Below are positions 31,382 through 32,000 of a stretch of 32,000 nucleotides of DNA, piece after piece (position 1 is the stretch's first letter; every line of letters starts with the position of its first letter). Source of the stretch: Synechocystis sp. PCC 6803 substr. PCC-P (GTDB taxonomy: Bacteria; Cyanobacteriota; Cyanobacteriia; Cyanobacteriales; Microcystaceae); NCBI RefSeq assembly GCF_000284455.1, contig NC_017039.1:2430001-2462000 (forward strand). Direction: 5' to 3'. The position numbers and the translations under genes are program-made. The notes under the pieces were generated by a model. The model saw only the letters and a list, made by a program, of their open reading frames with translations. It was not told where the DNA came from and ran no database searches.

Positions 31382-32000
31382 TATTTGCCTCCCCGGCCAG
31401 TGCCTTTAAAAGTAGAACCGAAACCCTTATTACTACTGCGGCCAGAAATAGTGCCTTTAGCAGCGGTACCCGATGGCCTAGGGGGAGCGGGGGCAGTGAC
31501 AGCTTTGGAAGTAGAAACTTTGCCTGTGGTGGTGCGGGGCACAGAGATGCCATTGGGGGTAATCAACTGATCCGGGTTTGTCCCCCGATAGACAATGGAT
31601 GGTTGCAATACCCGCTGCTGCACACCGCCGGAATAAATATAGGTGTAATTATTGCCGTAGGGGTAAAAGTAAGCTCCGCCAAAAACCGGACGATAACCGC
31701 TCGTGTGGTAGCCACTGGGGGTAGGCTCACAGATTACCCTATCGGTTTGACAATCGGCTCGACTGCCGTAAACCGGGGCATTCCGTTGATGTTCCGCCTG
31801 GGCCGCTTTCATTTGGGCTTCGCAGTCCTCCGGGCGAATGGGGGGAGGGGTAGGGGCATTGGGTAATTTGCCGGCTTTATGGGCTTCCGCCAAGACTTTA
31901 TACTCATTGGCCTGATTGGCCATATCAGTTTTGCATTCCGCCACACTGGTGTAGTAAAGGGCTTCAATTTTTTCGTTACTTCCCCCACCACTACCCTGAT
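31381..32000 (-). CDS. DUF1190 (YgiB/YjfM-like) protein, N-terminus beyond the window edge
   Basis: The frame stays open to base 32000 upstream of the GTG and ATG listed by the ORF track. It has paired-Cys segments (VAECKTD...EDCEAQ...RADCQTDRVICE) and a Gly/Ser/Lys-rich tail (SSNKGFGSTFKGTGRGGK), resembling E. coli YgiB. Its TAA stop shares one base with the ATG of the ATP-grasp gene (TAATG). Confidence 0.7.
   Translation of the reverse strand, partial: QGSGGGSNEKIEALYYTSVAECKTDMANQANEYKVLAEAHKAGKLPNAPTPPPIRPEDCEAQMKAAQAEHQRNAPVYGSRADCQTDRVICEPTPSGYHTSGYRPVFGGAYFYPYGNNYTYIYSGGVQQRVLQPSIVYRGTNPDQLITPNGISVPRTTTGKVSTSKAVTAPAPPRPSGTAAKGTISGRSSNKGFGSTFKGTGRGGK

Overview
The window reads as a cyanobacterial chromosome segment, very probably Synechocystis sp. 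PCC 6803-like. This rests on about 30 copies (counted by eye) of the HIP1 octamer GCGATCGC, three ISY-type insertion sequences, and an rrn operon with only tRNA-Ile in the spacer; the strain assignment is from memory and was not searched. Layout, left to right: RNase III 3' end; an FAD oxidoreductase followed by hypF (minus strand); an ABC-2 permease; an RNase D-like exonuclease; a secreted DUF3747-like protein; ispH; a DUF3318-like membrane protein. Next comes an accessory patch (8.86-14.2 kb) holding an intact 871-bp IS5-family element, a native DUF185-type methyltransferase gene, an IS4-family element split by a nested intact 947-bp IS630-family element, and a decayed CPBP/Abi-type protease gene. 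After that: a TPR protein; an orphan ABC ATPase; rpsU; a complete minus-strand rrn operon (16S, tRNA-Ile, 23S, 5S) with a near-consensus promoter and a terminator; a saccharopine-dehydrogenase-like gene; a DUF2808-like gene; an Opp/Dpp-type permease; hisS; an acidic low-complexity protein. The right end is a co-directional minus-strand block: GNAT, a tandem alpha/beta-barrel protein, a di-iron carboxylate protein, a glutathionylspermidine-synthase-like ATP-grasp and a DUF1190 protein. The best candidate for an uncharacterised system is this right-end YgiB/YgiC-like pair plus the di-iron protein and possible coupled small ORFs; it is cut by the window edge. I saw no CRISPR array and no recognisable defence or toxin-antitoxin module. 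All family assignments come from reading motifs by eye, not from searches.
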